The notes: a model not told the origin generated them from the sequence alone. Shown: positions 24,546 through 37,379, numbered from the whole stretch's first letter. The stretch: 63,524 nucleotides of DNA, filler included, from Craspedostauros australis (GCA_030167865.1; 19 parts of 19 records of this genome joined end to end with filler, not necessarily neighbours in it), one strand, 5' to 3'. A program made the numbers and translations.

Positions 24546-25153
24546 ATCACACGTGACGTCACATCGAGACCTTAACTACCAGGTCTACAGGAATGAAATA
24601 TGTTGTGAATATTCCATCAGATTCGATCAATCNNNNNNNNNNNNNNNNNNNNNNNNNNNNNNNNNNNNNNNNNNNNNNNNNNNNNNNNNNNNNNNNNNNN
24701 NNNNNNNNNNNNNNNNNNNNNNNNNNNNNNNNAATGTGCATGGAGGTGCAAGAGGATTGCACCAAGCAATGAGAGCAAGGAAGAGATGGATCAAGAGAGC
24801 ATCTTGATCATCTCATTCCCCACGCTCGCTCATCAACAATCAATAGCAACAACAGTAACAGTAACAGAAACACTTTCGACAAGAGTGTTGACTACTACCG
24901 ATTCTCCGTGAGCGGAGCCTTCCAACACACAGTGATGGTCGATAGGCAGGAGATCATTCGCAGCTCCACTCCAAGTCAACCATCTGCAACCGCAACATCC
25001 CATCTTTCGCAGACTCACTCTTTTCTTTTATAGTTCAATCACTTATTTTTATGAACTTCTCCTGGTGCATTATCGATGCCATTCAGTAATTTCGCTCCCA
25101 ACCTCGGGTCGAACATCGTGCTGAGGACATGCCACCGGACATCGAAGAGCATC

Positions 25154-26084
25154 TTATTCTTCAATCGTCTGTGAACAGCTGTCCTCCTTTGGCGTCCATG
25201 CATCCATGTCACACATCTGCACATACTCTTTCTTGTCGCGCTCGTTGGCGGTCTTTTTGCCTCGTTTGTCTGCACCTATGTTGGTTGCAGTTGTGATGGT
25301 ACTGCCACTCTTACGCTTCTTGGTTCCGCCTGAACTAATGAGCCTCTTGTTCGCGTCGATCGTTGCAGCGAAGAATGTCTTGATCTTGGTTCGACTAGTT
25401 TGCATCCTGGCGAGCCAGTTGGTTCGCAAGGGCCCGGTGTTGCACAAGGTTTCATATGCAGTGTACGCAGTCAGCTGATGAGCCTTGACACGTTCACCCT
25501 CAAGCTTCAATTCCAGCAAAGCTGCAGCTACCTCTGGATCAAGCTTGGATCGTCCCTGGGTGCTCGAGAATGCCCAACCACTGTTTATCATGTATGTCTG
25601 AGGTCTCCTCACCATGGGCTCTTGGTCTCCAATTTTGTCACTGGGGGGCACTAGATCTCCAACTTTGCTTGGGTGCGTTGGTTTGGTTTTGGCGAGGTCT
25701 TCTTTCTCTCCAAATTTCGCAGCTGGTTTGCCTCTAGAAAAGTCGTCCAGCACTTGGTGGTAGGCNGATAACTTCGTCCTGTGCTTCANGTCGATTGTAG
25801 CCTTGCTAGCATGAATCTTCCTTGGCTTCTCNTCTTTGACCTTCTTCTTTCTTGCCTTGACTGGTTTTANCCCAGGTATGCGTTTCCGATCACCACCACA
25901 GATNGTAATGTCCAGCTTGCGTACAGTATACTTATCCAAAGCTGACTTGGCGATTGTCTCTGGCTTCGAGATACCAGAGGAAGCAAACAACAAGACAGCT
26001 TCCTTCAGCCAACACACCTCGTGGGTGGATCGCACCCCTGTCCCACTTGTGAAGGCCTTGCCAGTAGGATGAAGCAGAATGGCA
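25154..26084 (-). mobile_element. C-terminal part of a Sola3-like transposase
   Basis: SGWAF...L..EV..LLEL..EGE..K..L...KIKTFF resembles the Sola3 C-terminal pattern (GWAL..F..GE..K...QI..FFS); VRSTHEV parallels VRQT(H) at the end of the 51936-53646 ORF. Confidence 0.6.
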
Positions 26085-26184
26085 NNNNNNNNNNNNNNNN
26101 NNNNNNNNNNNNNNNNNNNNNNNNNNNNTTAATTAATTAANNNNNNNNNNNNNNNNNNNNNNNNNNNNNNNNNNNNNNNNNNNN

Positions 26185-26675
26185 GATGTTACTGATTGCT
26201 TGCGACATAGCCGGCCATAGATCGATCTCAGCTTTTCCAACTCATCATCCCGACCAACGAATCCAGAATGAAGAAAGTCGAGCTTGTTCCAAGACGATGA
26301 TGCATCATCGATGTCATCTTCGTCGATGCTGCTGCCGTTGCTCCTGGTACTGTTGGTTGGTCTTCTGGGTTGGTGAAAACTTCGGCTGCCCAGGTCACTA
26401 CCATTGTGATCTGAATGCGTATTGTCCATGCTGTATATCTCGTGCTTGGACCCATCCTCGATTGACGATCGATCGCCGCCGATGGTGACGGTGGAGATGG
26501 TGGTTGAGTTACCGGAACGCACCGACGCGGTGGTGGCATCCTGACCCTGTCCGGACCGAAAGGAAAGCAAAGCTCTTCTCGGCAGCCGCATGCTTGACGC
26601 GTTCCTCCCGACGTCGATCTTACTACTCGCCGTCATGTTGTTTGTCACTGCAGCGGTTGTCATCTTTGCGTCCAT
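26185..26675 (-). CDS. N-terminal part of an AAA/STAND-type ATPase, paralog of 32294-36556; 3' partial
   Basis: Ser-rich leader then KLDF..GFVGRDDELEKLRSIY, matching FYGRDTELRILHRVY in the full-length paralog. Confidence 0.7.
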
Positions 26676-28783
26676 GGATGCAAATGGAGGTTGATGGGAT
26701 ACTCGAAGTCCAACTCTTGTCGGCTGTTTCGATCGCAATTATGTTCGCTTTTCGATGAACAGATCAGACGAACAAAAAGACGGATCTGGTGTTGATGCGG
26801 TTGTGTTGTCCTCTCTGCCTCTTTGTGGTCCTCTATTGTTGTTGGTGCTCGTTTTGTAAATGCCTGTTGTCGGAGACGGTGGCAGTTTCGTGTTTGGTGA
26901 TCGAACATAGATGTTCGATGTATCCCTCTAGGAATGGCTCAACAACATGGACGACGAAATGACTCCTCTTGTTGGGCCTGTTGAAGAGTCTGATGACATT
27001 ATTTTGACGACTACGATACTACGCTTCAATCTGAAACCGAATCATCCAGTCCCTCATCCGTGGATTACTCCATAAAGGTTAAGTGCCAGCACCGCTATTT
27101 TATCTCCGATGGCCGCCACAACCCTTCTTGAAGTCCTTTGACGAAGTCAACACACGAATTCCATTCAGTGCCGCAGAGACCGGCTGTGAACGACGAACCA
27201 ACAACAAATCGGGATTCGATGAATCGAAACATTTGTAGGGAATCGGGGATACAACTTTGTCTTTTTAATCATGATTACAGTTGAGATTCAATGAGGGACA
27301 GACTACTACCGAACACGGTATCAACCCAATGGGGAGAAATTCTTGTTTTGGCGCGAAATCTTCCGACTTGATTGATCACCAAATCTTTTCTCCTCCTTCC
27401 TCTCCTCCATTCACGAATCCATCATGACTCAAACATGACCAACCTGACTCACACCCCACCTGGGAACTATATGCTCTTCAGATCCTCTTACTACAATATA
27501 CCTCGATTCCTTCATGCTGATGACCACCACACTACTACCGTGGTCTTAACATGTGTATCCAACTTGCTTCAACTCAAGCAATGGAATCCGAGGGTCAGCT
27601 TCAGCCACAGCCACTGCTTCATGACCGGCACTACCAAGTGTCATGACCTACACTGCAGTGTAACTACATGGACGGAGAGCAAAGCACTGTAATGATTGTC
27701 TACTCTGTTGCACTGAACCAAGTACATCAGCGCAGGGTCTCGCCAAGTTGTGTGGCATCGTTTCTTCACCCTACTAACACTATAAGCTAACTCATAATAA
27801 CAGACAAGGATTAGCTACAAAGCACTCTACTACTCATCGTTACAGTTACAACTCTTCAATCAGTACACCTCTCTTGAACTGCATCACACGGCTATCCCGA
27901 AGCCGGCAGATCCAAGAGGCATTCTCCACCAATTCGCGCCGTCTACGCCCGAATCCTAACTATTACCGCACCTCTCCATGAGATGATAAGGACTAATCAG
28001 AATCAACACGCGTTGATCACACTCGGACCACCTTGTAGCTTGTCCCACCTCACGCATCCAGCCGTGTCCCGCATCACATTCAGTTGTGTCCCACAATGGA
28101 GTCCGTCCTAGACGCACATCGAAATGCAAGTGTGAAGCATGAATCTGCCCACTGGGAATGAACCCAAACACGGGAAGGAGTATGATCACAACTGCGCCCT
28201 CGTCGGTGAATCACATGCGATACATAAGGCACGCCCCATGTGCCCACGACGAACAAGGACACGTCGGGGACATCCAAGAGAGAGCCACCCAGAAAAGAAA
28301 CCGATGACAAACCAGGAATAGACAAGAGTGACAAGACCTCTTGTTACCCAAGAACACCGATGAATTCCTGTGCGAAGACGGTGATGAACAACCGATCCAA
28401 GAAAAGGCTGAGGAATCACATACAAGATGGGATCGATACGAAACCTGAGGTGAGGTACCTGTGTGCCTGCGAAATGTACTGCTCAAAAGTAGAGAGACAG
28501 AGCCACAGCCAGAATGCATGATGAAGTGCATGTAGAGAGCAGGAGATGAAATAACTGAGATGCATGATGGGATGCATCGATGCTTCAAGATGGGATGTAC
28601 ATGGAGTACATGCTGCATGACATGATGAAGCAGGAGAAAGCACTACATGAGCAAGAACAAGACTTCGTGCTTCTGTGGATTATGCGTGCTATGGCAAATG
28701 GAATTGAAAGAGATGGAGATGTTGTGCTCACAGTTCCAACAGTGCAATACAAGAATAGGTCACCAGAGACTACTAATAGAGAC

Positions 28784-30075
28784 TGTCGAGATGTACATGT
28801 GAGTATATGTCGAGATATAAGTGTATATGTGCATCGTTCACCCGTTATTCTCTCGTACGCACTTGGACGGTAAAACTACATTAGTGTCGATAGCATGCTG
28901 TGATTCGTCAAAATTACAGTGGAAATGGAACACACGAAAATGAGCAGGATTTCTGGAGGAAATTTGCAATCGACGATTTCTGAGAGAATTAGAAATATCG
29001 TCTGTCCATCCATCAATGGAAACGTATGGTACCAAGCGTATCTCAAGGTACCTCCCAACTAAACCTCAGATGACAATATCATCTGACAGACTACTGCATC
29101 ACCAATGGAACGTGACATCTGGAGAGCAGAAGGACGCCTACTGACGTCGACAGGATATCATCATGTCACCACGTCGACATCTGTCTCCATGTCAGAGCAG
29201 GAGGCGAAGATCCGATGACTGAAGGACATCAGGATCATGGATTCGAGAGGTGAAGTTCAAATGGTAAGTGCTCATGGAGTAGGAACCAGTAGTGAGCGAA
29301 CGGAGTGTCGAATGCGGAGTACGCATCGAACGCGAAGTATCGTGTAGCACGAGTACACGGTATTGAGAAAGAGAGACAGAGAGAATACGAAGAGTACCGA
29401 GAGAGCATCTCGCATGCCGACTCATAGTCTGAGTCTGAATCTACGAGATAGACAAACGTGCCGAGAGCATTGGGCAAGAGAACAGAGACACCGAGAGGAT
29501 CAGAGTGCTCAACGCAATGAAATAGCAAACCAAACGACTATCAACCAACACCATCTTCCACAATCGTAGGCATCCGAGGTCTGGAACTTGCCAACAGAGA
29601 GCAGAAGGACGCCTACTGACGTTAACAGGATGTCATCGTGTCGCCACATCGACATCTGTTGCCATGTCAGAAGCAGAAGGTGAAGATTCGATGACCGAAG
29701 GGCATGGAGAATATGGATACACGAGGAGGAGTTCAAGTGGTAAGTACTCATGGAGTAGGAACCAGCAGTGAACCAACGGAGTGTCAAGTGCGGAGTACGC
29801 ATCAAACACGGAGTATCTTGTAACATGAGCACACGGTATTAAGAGAGAGAGAGAGAGAGAGAGAGAATACAAAGAGCAGCGAGAGAGCATCCCACGTACT
29901 GACTCATAGTCGGACGACCCAATCTACGAAACAGATAAACGCGCCAAGAGCATCGGGCAAGAGAACGGACACCGAGAGGATCGGAGTGCCAACGTAATGA
30001 AATAGCAAACAGAATGACTATCAACCAACACCGTCTTCCACGATCATAGGCATCCCTGTGCGGAACTTGCCAACA
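28784..30075 (+). mobile_element. Solo-LTR-like element (28784-29596) with tandem duplication of its 3' ~480 bp (29597-30075)
   Basis: Starts TG; both units end GGAACTTGCCAACA. Homologous to 46889-47691 (opposite strand) and 46041-46324. Flanks agagac / tgagac resemble a target duplication. Confidence 0.65.
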
Positions 30076-30256
30076 TGAGACAGCAAGGAGAGAGGGAGGG
30101 AAAGAAAGACACTGTGTTCAGCACAGCAAGCTCAGAATGACATGTACATACAAGAGNNNNNNNNNNNNNNNNNNNNNNNNNNNNNNNNNNNNNNNNNNNN
30201 TTAATTAATTAANNNNNNNNNNNNNNNNNNNNNNNNNNNNNNNNNNNNNNNNNNNN

Positions 30257-31060
30257 TGAACCTACCATTCTCCTTGCAAGCTTTCCTGCCTATGTTTGCT
30301 ACTTCTGTGTTCAAAGCATGCCTCCAGTCACCCATCAGTTCTGTGTTATCTGTTGTGCTGGTTGGGGTACATAGGTTATGCCTTCTGCACGACGATTCGC
30401 CTCCGTATATTGATCATCAACCACTTGTTTGTCACGCAAGTACAAGGCTCTCGTTCATTCCGTATCGCTTCAAATCAAAAGGGATGATCCTTCATTTGTC
30501 CTCACACTTGTGCTTACCAGATTTGGACTTCCAACACTCAGNGCATCCCCNCCGCAAAACAGGATCTCACCCAAGAGTTTGCACCAANNAAGACATGGAT
30601 GTTCTTCCTTTGCGGAGTTCAGTTCCAAGACCACATGAGGCATACATACAAGAGAAGCATATCATGTTTGCCGGTATATGCATCCGCACCATTGTCAAGT
30701 GATCTCCCTTTTGTCGACAGAAACTGATGCGTGGGAAGGCATCTGCATTCGCAGTGGTCATGCGTGTGGCCAGAATCTGGGTGAATCCGATTGCCATCCT
30801 GCTGTCACACATGTACATCTTNNNNNNNNNNNNNNNNNNNNNNNNNNNNNNNNNNNNNNNNNNNNNNNNNNNNNNNNNNNNNNNNNNNNNNNNNNNNNNN
30901 NNNNNNNNNNNNNNNNNNNNNNNNNNNNNNNNNNNNNNGACTTCCCTGTGTCTCTCACTACCTATCCTACCACAGTTTGTCAGCACCATGGGCCATCAAA
31001 CATACCACACTGGGCATCCGGCTTGCGCCTGCTATGCTCTTTCACTAATATCATGCACTG
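30257..31060 (-). pseudogene. Possible degraded non-LTR retrotransposon endonuclease remnant
   Basis: Weak, frameshifted resemblance to GRW / SAYxPC / DAN motifs; appears CpG-poor. Low support. Confidence 0.25.
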
Positions 31061-32293
31061 ATCCGTGCTCCGCGCCGTTGCTTGTTCGCCCTTCCTCCAA
31101 CGCCCCGTATAACCGTCGTTTGCACAGACCCGTTTCTTGTCGTTGCCCTCTAACCGCGTCTGTGAGTCCTTGGCTTACTCCTCTTCTCTCTTGCATCGTC
31201 GCACGTTGTTTCTGCCTGACCGTCTGGGCAGTTATCCACACTGCTTGCACATGCTTCACCCACCGGCTCTGAGCATCCACTGGTCACCTCACCACCTCCA
31301 CTCTCACTACGTTCGTCATGAGAGCTTGGTCTGTGGCCAGGATACCTCCACCTCCGATTGCCCATTGCTTGTTCACCCTGGCTCATACTTCTTTTTCCTG
31401 GGCTGCCGCGCGCTTGCGTTCNNNNNNNNNNNNNNNNNNNNNNNNNNNNNNNNNNNNNNNNNNNNTTAATTAATTAANNNNNNNNNNNNNNNNNNNNNNN
31501 NNNNNNNNNNNNNNNNNNNNNTCCACCGCCAGAGTGGGTGACGCCAACGTGGTGGCAGCGGCGGCTCCGAACGCAACACGGCTGACTCCACGGAAGAATT
31601 CGCGACGTCGCGATCCTCTTGCTGCCGGCAGTGCAGTAGATGACAACATAGATGATGGAGTCCATGAAGTCTGGATTGACCGTATTCTTGTTGCTCATGT
31701 TCTGGTGGCTGTGAATACAGTTGCGCTGTGCGATGCGAGGGTTACGAACGCCACGCACAGCAGGCATTCAGCGATGAAGCAGCTCGATCGATATGTAGGG
31801 GTCATAGCGATTAAGTGGGTTGGTGGAGTATTCAGTGTGATGCCTTGTAGGTTGTGCTTTGATCGCAAGGGCGAAGGTGCGGCTGCTTTGGATGATGTGT
31901 GGGCATCATGGCGCTGTTGCGTCTGAACTCTTCTCTGAGTCTTTTGTGTTCCTCTCCGCTCTTGCCATCGTTGGTTGGTTGGGAATCCTTGACCACCAGC
32001 CGCCCGCAACCTCTTCGCCCGCACTTGGCCAGCGCGAACTTTTTCCAAGGTATCCTCAATGACCCTTGACTTCGCATAGGATGCGCGACTGGAAAGATGA
32101 ACTCGAACGACCACAAATCCACCAATGGCGATGGCCATGTTCTTCGTTTCACAAATAGCAGGCACAAGGACGATCAGGATGTGGAGACAATAGGATCAGG
32201 AACAGCCCCGGTGAATCGTACGACTAATGTATTCCATGTTTGTTAATAGCATATTTAGTGCGGCCTTAATCCAACGCTCTTCCTGCGGTTGGT

Positions 32294-35200
32294 TCACGAT
32301 CTGTCGGTCAACACTGACAGGTCGTCGTCTATGTCGCCCTCTTCACTGTTGACATCCATAGAAGGATTGCTGGCCCTCTTGGTTGTCTGATTCTCCGAGT
32401 ATTCCACGCCGCTGTTCCTCGAACCTTTGCTGACGGACGCATCGACCATTCCTTGCGACGGTGAGCACACCGTCACCAATTCGTAGTTCGCAACCAGGCT
32501 CTTCTTACCCCCGAACGAAACGGCTTGTGAGGCCATCGTGTTCCGCTTCCGAGCGTCTTGGACTTGGATCTCGTCGATGTAGCTGCTCCGCCTCTCGCGA
32601 AGGTCGTCGCACTTGGCTGTGGCTCCCCAGGCCTCGTAGAATTCCATCGCCTGCGTGAAGTAGTGGCGCGCCCAATCATTTCCATCGCCGTCGGTGAAGT
32701 CGACGTCCAGGCTCAGCACGTGCTCGCCTGCCAGTTCGCAGGCCAGACCTGCCTCGTTGACTTGGCTGCTCTTCTTTGCGACTTTGATGGTTTCGTTGTA
32801 GCATTGAAGCACGAACATTGGGGTTCGTGAGCTCCTCTTGATGGACTGCAGTTCCGCGCGCAGCAGCAGGTACCGATTCATCGCGTTCTTGCCCTTGGCA
32901 TCGCAGATCTTCTTCAGGTCCTTCTTCGTCTGTCGCAGGATCTGCATGAACTCCTTTTTTCCCGTGCGCCTGTACTGGTTCGCTGCCATCAATCCACCCA
33001 GCAGCGGCAGCGTGGTTTGGAAGGTGTAGCTGGGGTCGTCGGCCGCGTTCGCTATCATGGTGTGGTACACTGTCTCTGCATGTTCGTACTTTCCAAAGTA
33101 GACAGCAAGGTACAGCCGTCCCCAATACGCGCCCCACCTGCGCAGCGGATCGCCTTGCTCGTACTGTTTGAGCTCCATCAACTCGTCCCAGTTGATATCG
33201 ATCACACCTGCCATGCGCTTGATGGTATTAGTGTACTCCAGGATCAGCTGCGTGTGGGCGTTGATCTTGTACATCTTCATCTGATCGAAGATGGAGTTCA
33301 CGATCGGCAGTAGAATACCGAGGGGATATCCTTGCGTGTATGCGTACATCGTGCATGAGTTGTGGCACAGGATGCCGCCCTCGAAGTCGCCAGATGACAT
33401 GCACGACTTGTACGCGTACTGGAAGTCCGCGGCCACTGCTTCCGGCGGTTGGGAGTAAGCATCGATGCACGAAGCGGACAGCTGGTAGATGCCTCCTGAC
33501 GATTGGTCATTCGGATGTTCCCTGCGGATGATTTCTTTCGCCAGGTTCGAGTACCTACGAGCATTGGCATACTCGCCGAGCTTGTTGTGAAGCATGCCGA
33601 ACATGACCAACGCAAAAGCGGATGGTCTACAGCTGCCGAGGGTCCTCGTGACATGTATCACTCGCACTATGCCCAGCAACAATGCCGTGGTGTCCTTGCA
33701 AAACAATGCGCGAAGGATGATGCCACTCAGCAAATTGAAGCGTAGCAAGGATTGAGGATCGGTGGTGATGGGACATTGGCGCAAGAATTCCTCGTCCGTC
33801 GTGCGACCGAAATAGGATCTTGCGGATAGGAGCTGTCGAATCGAATGGAAGAAGAAGGCGCGCTTGGGGTAGATCCTGCACAGCTGGGCACTCCTCTTGA
33901 TGAGGTCCAAGGCCTTCACGTGCTCGTCTTGTCGGCCGAGTGCATGCGCCAACGAGAGATACGTTGGCAGCTTGTCTCCAATTGACTTGGCCCGTTCCAG
34001 CACTTCGTTACAAAGCGACTGCCCCACGTCGAAGTTGCCCAGCGACAGCTCAACGCCCGATCGAGCGCGGATTAGGCGCAAAGTCAAGTCGTAGTGGTCT
34101 CTCCATGGATCGCCACGAACCTTCCGCAGAGCGGTAGTGGCGGTGTGCAAGTACGTTGCGGCTGGGACCAAGGCGGCCATGTGCAGCGCGTGCTCTCCTG
34201 CCATGAGATTCTGTTGTGCGGAAAGTAGATGATCCTTGGTTGGTGCGCAATTGAGATGCTCCGCCGCGATGAAGAGCAGACCAGCATCGTCGACAAAGGG
34301 TGTGTGTAGCGTGCTGGTGTCTGCACTATCGGTGTCCTTGATGTGAGACGACGTCTTCGTGCACAGATCCCAGATACATCGACCGATGCGCAATCGCAAT
34401 TTGGTTCGGACTTCTCCGAACGGCACGATGTCGTGAGCAGCCTGCTGGATGCGATCGTGCGCAAAGCGGTAAGTCGTTTCTCCAATGGAATTGTGCAGCA
34501 GACCCTCCAGGACGCCCTGCTCCAACCATTCTGAAAGTGGTCTGTCTGCAACCTCAGAAGAGTTCATGTGGCTGGCACCGCCACTGCTGCTGTTGTCGCT
34601 GTCGCCGCTCCCGACACCAACGATGCCACCGTTGCCAATCTCATCGAGGATATCTCCGGCGCCGTGATTGTGCTGCTCTTCATAACCCAGAATAATCTGA
34701 AGGAGATTGGAATCGAATGACGACCGGATGTACGATGCGATGATCAGCACCTTTTGCAATGGTCGGGGTAGGGCCTTCACCTTCGACGTCACCAGATGGA
34801 TGACATCCCTCGGACCGGCTTGTGAGAAAGTGGCACCATTCCCGCCGCTTTTCGTGGGGTCGTCGTTGAACTCCCATTGGAAGGAGATGCGACTGTAGAC
34901 CAGCACGTTGTTCCGCTCCATGTCCTGCAGCAACTGTATGGCGTGGAATATGTTGCCGCGTGTTTGCTTGTACAAGAAGTCGGTCACCTTCTCGATGTGG
35001 CTGTTGTCTTCGTTTTCGTTGGTGTTAGCATCACAATTGCTATTGCTATCGCTGTTCCTGTTGCTGCGCCTTTCTTGGTTCTTGTCGTTCCGGAGGAAGA
35101 GATGAGTCACCCACTCGCGCAGCTCTTGTCGTGTGAAGTCGCCGAGATGGATGTTGGTGTACGGAACGGCGCAGCTGCCGTTGCTTCCGCCGCTTGTGTT

Positions 35201-36556
35201 GTTGGCGGTACGCTTGTTGGTTTGGGCCGTGCCCTCCGCCTCGTCTTGCGAGCGCGAGCCTTGGATATCATTCAGAAGCTTCATGAGGGGCAGATCGGGA
35301 TGCAATTCCAAAAGCTCGCCAGGAGAGTGCGGGTTGACATCCTGACGAATGGTGCCGATCAACAAGAAGTGGGGTTGGTGCAGCGTGCTCGACATCAAAT
35401 CCATAGTCTCTTGCGATGCCCACTGCATGTCGTCCAACACCATCACCAGTGGGCATTCCTTTGACGATATCGTTGTCAAGAATTGGGTGAACGTATACTG
35501 GAATCTGCTCCATGATGATGTATCGGAGGAAGGTTCCTGCAGAGCATCCTGCCGTTGGCTCGTGGAGATGGAAGCGGTGGCGTCATCAGCGTCGTTACTG
35601 TGGCTGTCGGTGTGGAAAAGGACGGAGAGCGCTGGAACGAAAGACATGAGAAGCGCCTTTTGTTGCGGCATCATCTGGCTTGTGTTGATTGTAGATCGTA
35701 GCCGCTCCAGTTCCGACAACAACGAAGATTCATTGTTGTTGTTGCTTCTGCTGTTGTTGTTGGAGGTGGTGGCGGCATTCGCTTTGCCACTATCTCTACC
35801 TGCGGCTGTGGCCAACGACAGCCCGTTGCACCAATCCGAAAAGGCTTGGACGATGGCGGAGAAGGGATCATTTTGCTGGTGCTCTTCAAACTTGCCTCGC
35901 AGCACATGAAGCTTGCGTTTGTGCTTGTGCTCCTGTTGCTGTTGCTGCCGGGTGGTGGTATTATCGCCGATATTGCTGGGACTGTTGCTGCCATGAAGCA
36001 GCTGATGGCAGAATGTATCCACGAGCTGGGACTTCCCTGTGCCGCTGGTCCCCCAGACAAAGACAGCTGGCAGAAACGGCGTATCCTCCTTCACAACATT
36101 GCAGGGTGTTGCGGTTGGTGGTCGCGATGTTTTTGTTGCCGTCGGCGTTGGCATTGAAGGTGGTGGCGAGGGCAGTGCGCCATGCGCTGTTGCTTCGACT
36201 TCCATCATGCGATTGTAGACGCGATGCAAAATCCGCAGCTCTGTGTCTCTTCCGTAGAAAGACGACAGGCCGCCGTCGCCGTCGCCGTCGCCATCATCAT
36301 TGCCGTTGAGCAAGGTGAAAGGAACCCCTGTCTCCAGTTCCGTCTCGTTGTACCCATCGTCGTAGAAATCATCCCCAGAACTGAGGACGGCGTCATGTAG
36401 GAAAGACGATGGTCGTTTCCCTCCAGAGATTGACAGAGTGACCGAGGCATCGTCGATTGAGCAAGTGGATGTCCTAGCTGTCGCTGTCGACTTTGACGTC
36501 GATAGCTGGCTGGTTGCTTTCATGGTCTCTCTGATACCTTCAGATATGGTTGTCAT
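32294..36556 (-). CDS. AAA_16/STAND-like ATPase with helical (TPR-like) C-terminus, 1420 aa
   Basis: FYGRDTEL, Walker A GTSGTGKS, GKFE..PFSAI, Walker B VMVLDDMQW, TRGNIFH, YRFAHDRIQQAA, YEAWGATAK. Resembles the ATPase-helical core of bacterial kinase/ATPase/sensor proteins, without kinase or cyclase domain. Confidence 0.9.
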   Translation of the reverse strand: MTTISEGIRETMKATSQLSTSKSTATARTSTCSIDDASVTLSISGGKRPSSFLHDAVLSSGDDFYDDGYNETELETGVPFTLLNGNDDGDGDGDGGLSSFYGRDTELRILHRVYNRMMEVEATAHGALPSPPPSMPTPTATKTSRPPTATPCNVVKEDTPFLPAVFVWGTSGTGKSQLVDTFCHQLLHGSNSPSNIGDNTTTRQQQQQEHKHKRKLHVLRGKFEEHQQNDPFSAIVQAFSDWCNGLSLATAAGRDSGKANAATTSNNNSRSNNNNESSLLSELERLRSTINTSQMMPQQKALLMSFVPALSVLFHTDSHSNDADDATASISTSQRQDALQEPSSDTSSWSRFQYTFTQFLTTISSKECPLVMVLDDMQWASQETMDLMSSTLHQPHFLLIGTIRQDVNPHSPGELLELHPDLPLMKLLNDIQGSRSQDEAEGTAQTNKRTANNTSGGSNGSCAVPYTNIHLGDFTRQELREWVTHLFLRNDKNQERRSNRNSDSNSNCDANTNENEDNSHIEKVTDFLYKQTRGNIFHAIQLLQDMERNNVLVYSRISFQWEFNDDPTKSGGNGATFSQAGPRDVIHLVTSKVKALPRPLQKVLIIASYIRSSFDSNLLQIILGYEEQHNHGAGDILDEIGNGGIVGVGSGDSDNSSSGGASHMNSSEVADRPLSEWLEQGVLEGLLHNSIGETTYRFAHDRIQQAAHDIVPFGEVRTKLRLRIGRCIWDLCTKTSSHIKDTDSADTSTLHTPFVDDAGLLFIAAEHLNCAPTKDHLLSAQQNLMAGEHALHMAALVPAATYLHTATTALRKVRGDPWRDHYDLTLRLIRARSGVELSLGNFDVGQSLCNEVLERAKSIGDKLPTYLSLAHALGRQDEHVKALDLIKRSAQLCRIYPKRAFFFHSIRQLLSARSYFGRTTDEEFLRQCPITTDPQSLLRFNLLSGIILRALFCKDTTALLLGIVRVIHVTRTLGSCRPSAFALVMFGMLHNKLGEYANARRYSNLAKEIIRREHPNDQSSGGIYQLSASCIDAYSQPPEAVAADFQYAYKSCMSSGDFEGGILCHNSCTMYAYTQGYPLGILLPIVNSIFDQMKMYKINAHTQLILEYTNTIKRMAGVIDINWDELMELKQYEQGDPLRRWGAYWGRLYLAVYFGKYEHAETVYHTMIANAADDPSYTFQTTLPLLGGLMAANQYRRTGKKEFMQILRQTKKDLKKICDAKGKNAMNRYLLLRAELQSIKRSSRTPMFVLQCYNETIKVAKKSSQVNEAGLACELAGEHVLSLDVDFTDGDGNDWARHYFTQAMEFYEAWGATAKCDDLRERRSSYIDEIQVQDARKRNTMASQAVSFGGKKSLVANYELVTVCSPSQGMVDASVSKGSRNSGVEYSENQTTKRASNPSMDVNSEEGDIDDDLSVLTDRS

Positions 36557-37379
36557 CTTGTCGGTCGCTCTTGTATAATTATAAATAAGTATATATTATG
36601 ATGCAGGTGGTGAAGACGTTGATGCGGGAAAGATGATGGTCTTGTTTTGATTACCGCCCGCCCACTACCCTCCTTCGTTTGCACTTGCAGCTGGTGGAAT
36701 AGCTTTATGGGGACGTTGATCGTAGCCAGAGTTGCCAAAGTTGCATGCATGTCTGTTGATTGGGACGTGCCAAGGAGCCAAACGGCGGTGACAGTGGCAG
36801 CCTTTGGGATGGTTTTGGCAATACCATGCTTTCCGGTTGCGATACAGCAACGCTCTGCGGACGGGCCACAGAATCTGACAAGGGCAAGGACTTGTCTATT
36901 GTCACGCCGATTTGTTGCGCCCGTCTGTTCGTAAAAGTGGATTTGTGAGCGCCTTGCGTTCCTTGGGACTGAGTCGCCGATCGGGCGAAGGTGCGAATCT
37001 ATCAAATGACTCTGTGTTCACAGAGTCGCGAGCGAATTATTATGCCGCGCGTGCAGAGGGCCGGATGGGTTTTTCTTCGGTCAACTGTTCGGGTCTTCTT
37101 TCGAAGCACATTCAACCAAAGAAGGGTCGTGGTGGCGCGCATGACCTGACACAATTGCGTTGCGATCGATGCCAACACAATTGCAGGCGATATCTCTTCA
37201 CATGGACGCGAATAGCGAAGGACCATCGCGATTGTTTAGTTTATCGAAAAGCGCATTGGTGCGTCCACCTCACTTCTTGGCTGGTGCGTTCGCGTTCTTG
37301 CGCCTCCACCTCAATTCGTGTGATTGTTTGTTTGGTCTTGACCTGTCAGTTTACGAATATGCCTGTTTGTGAGTCTCCA

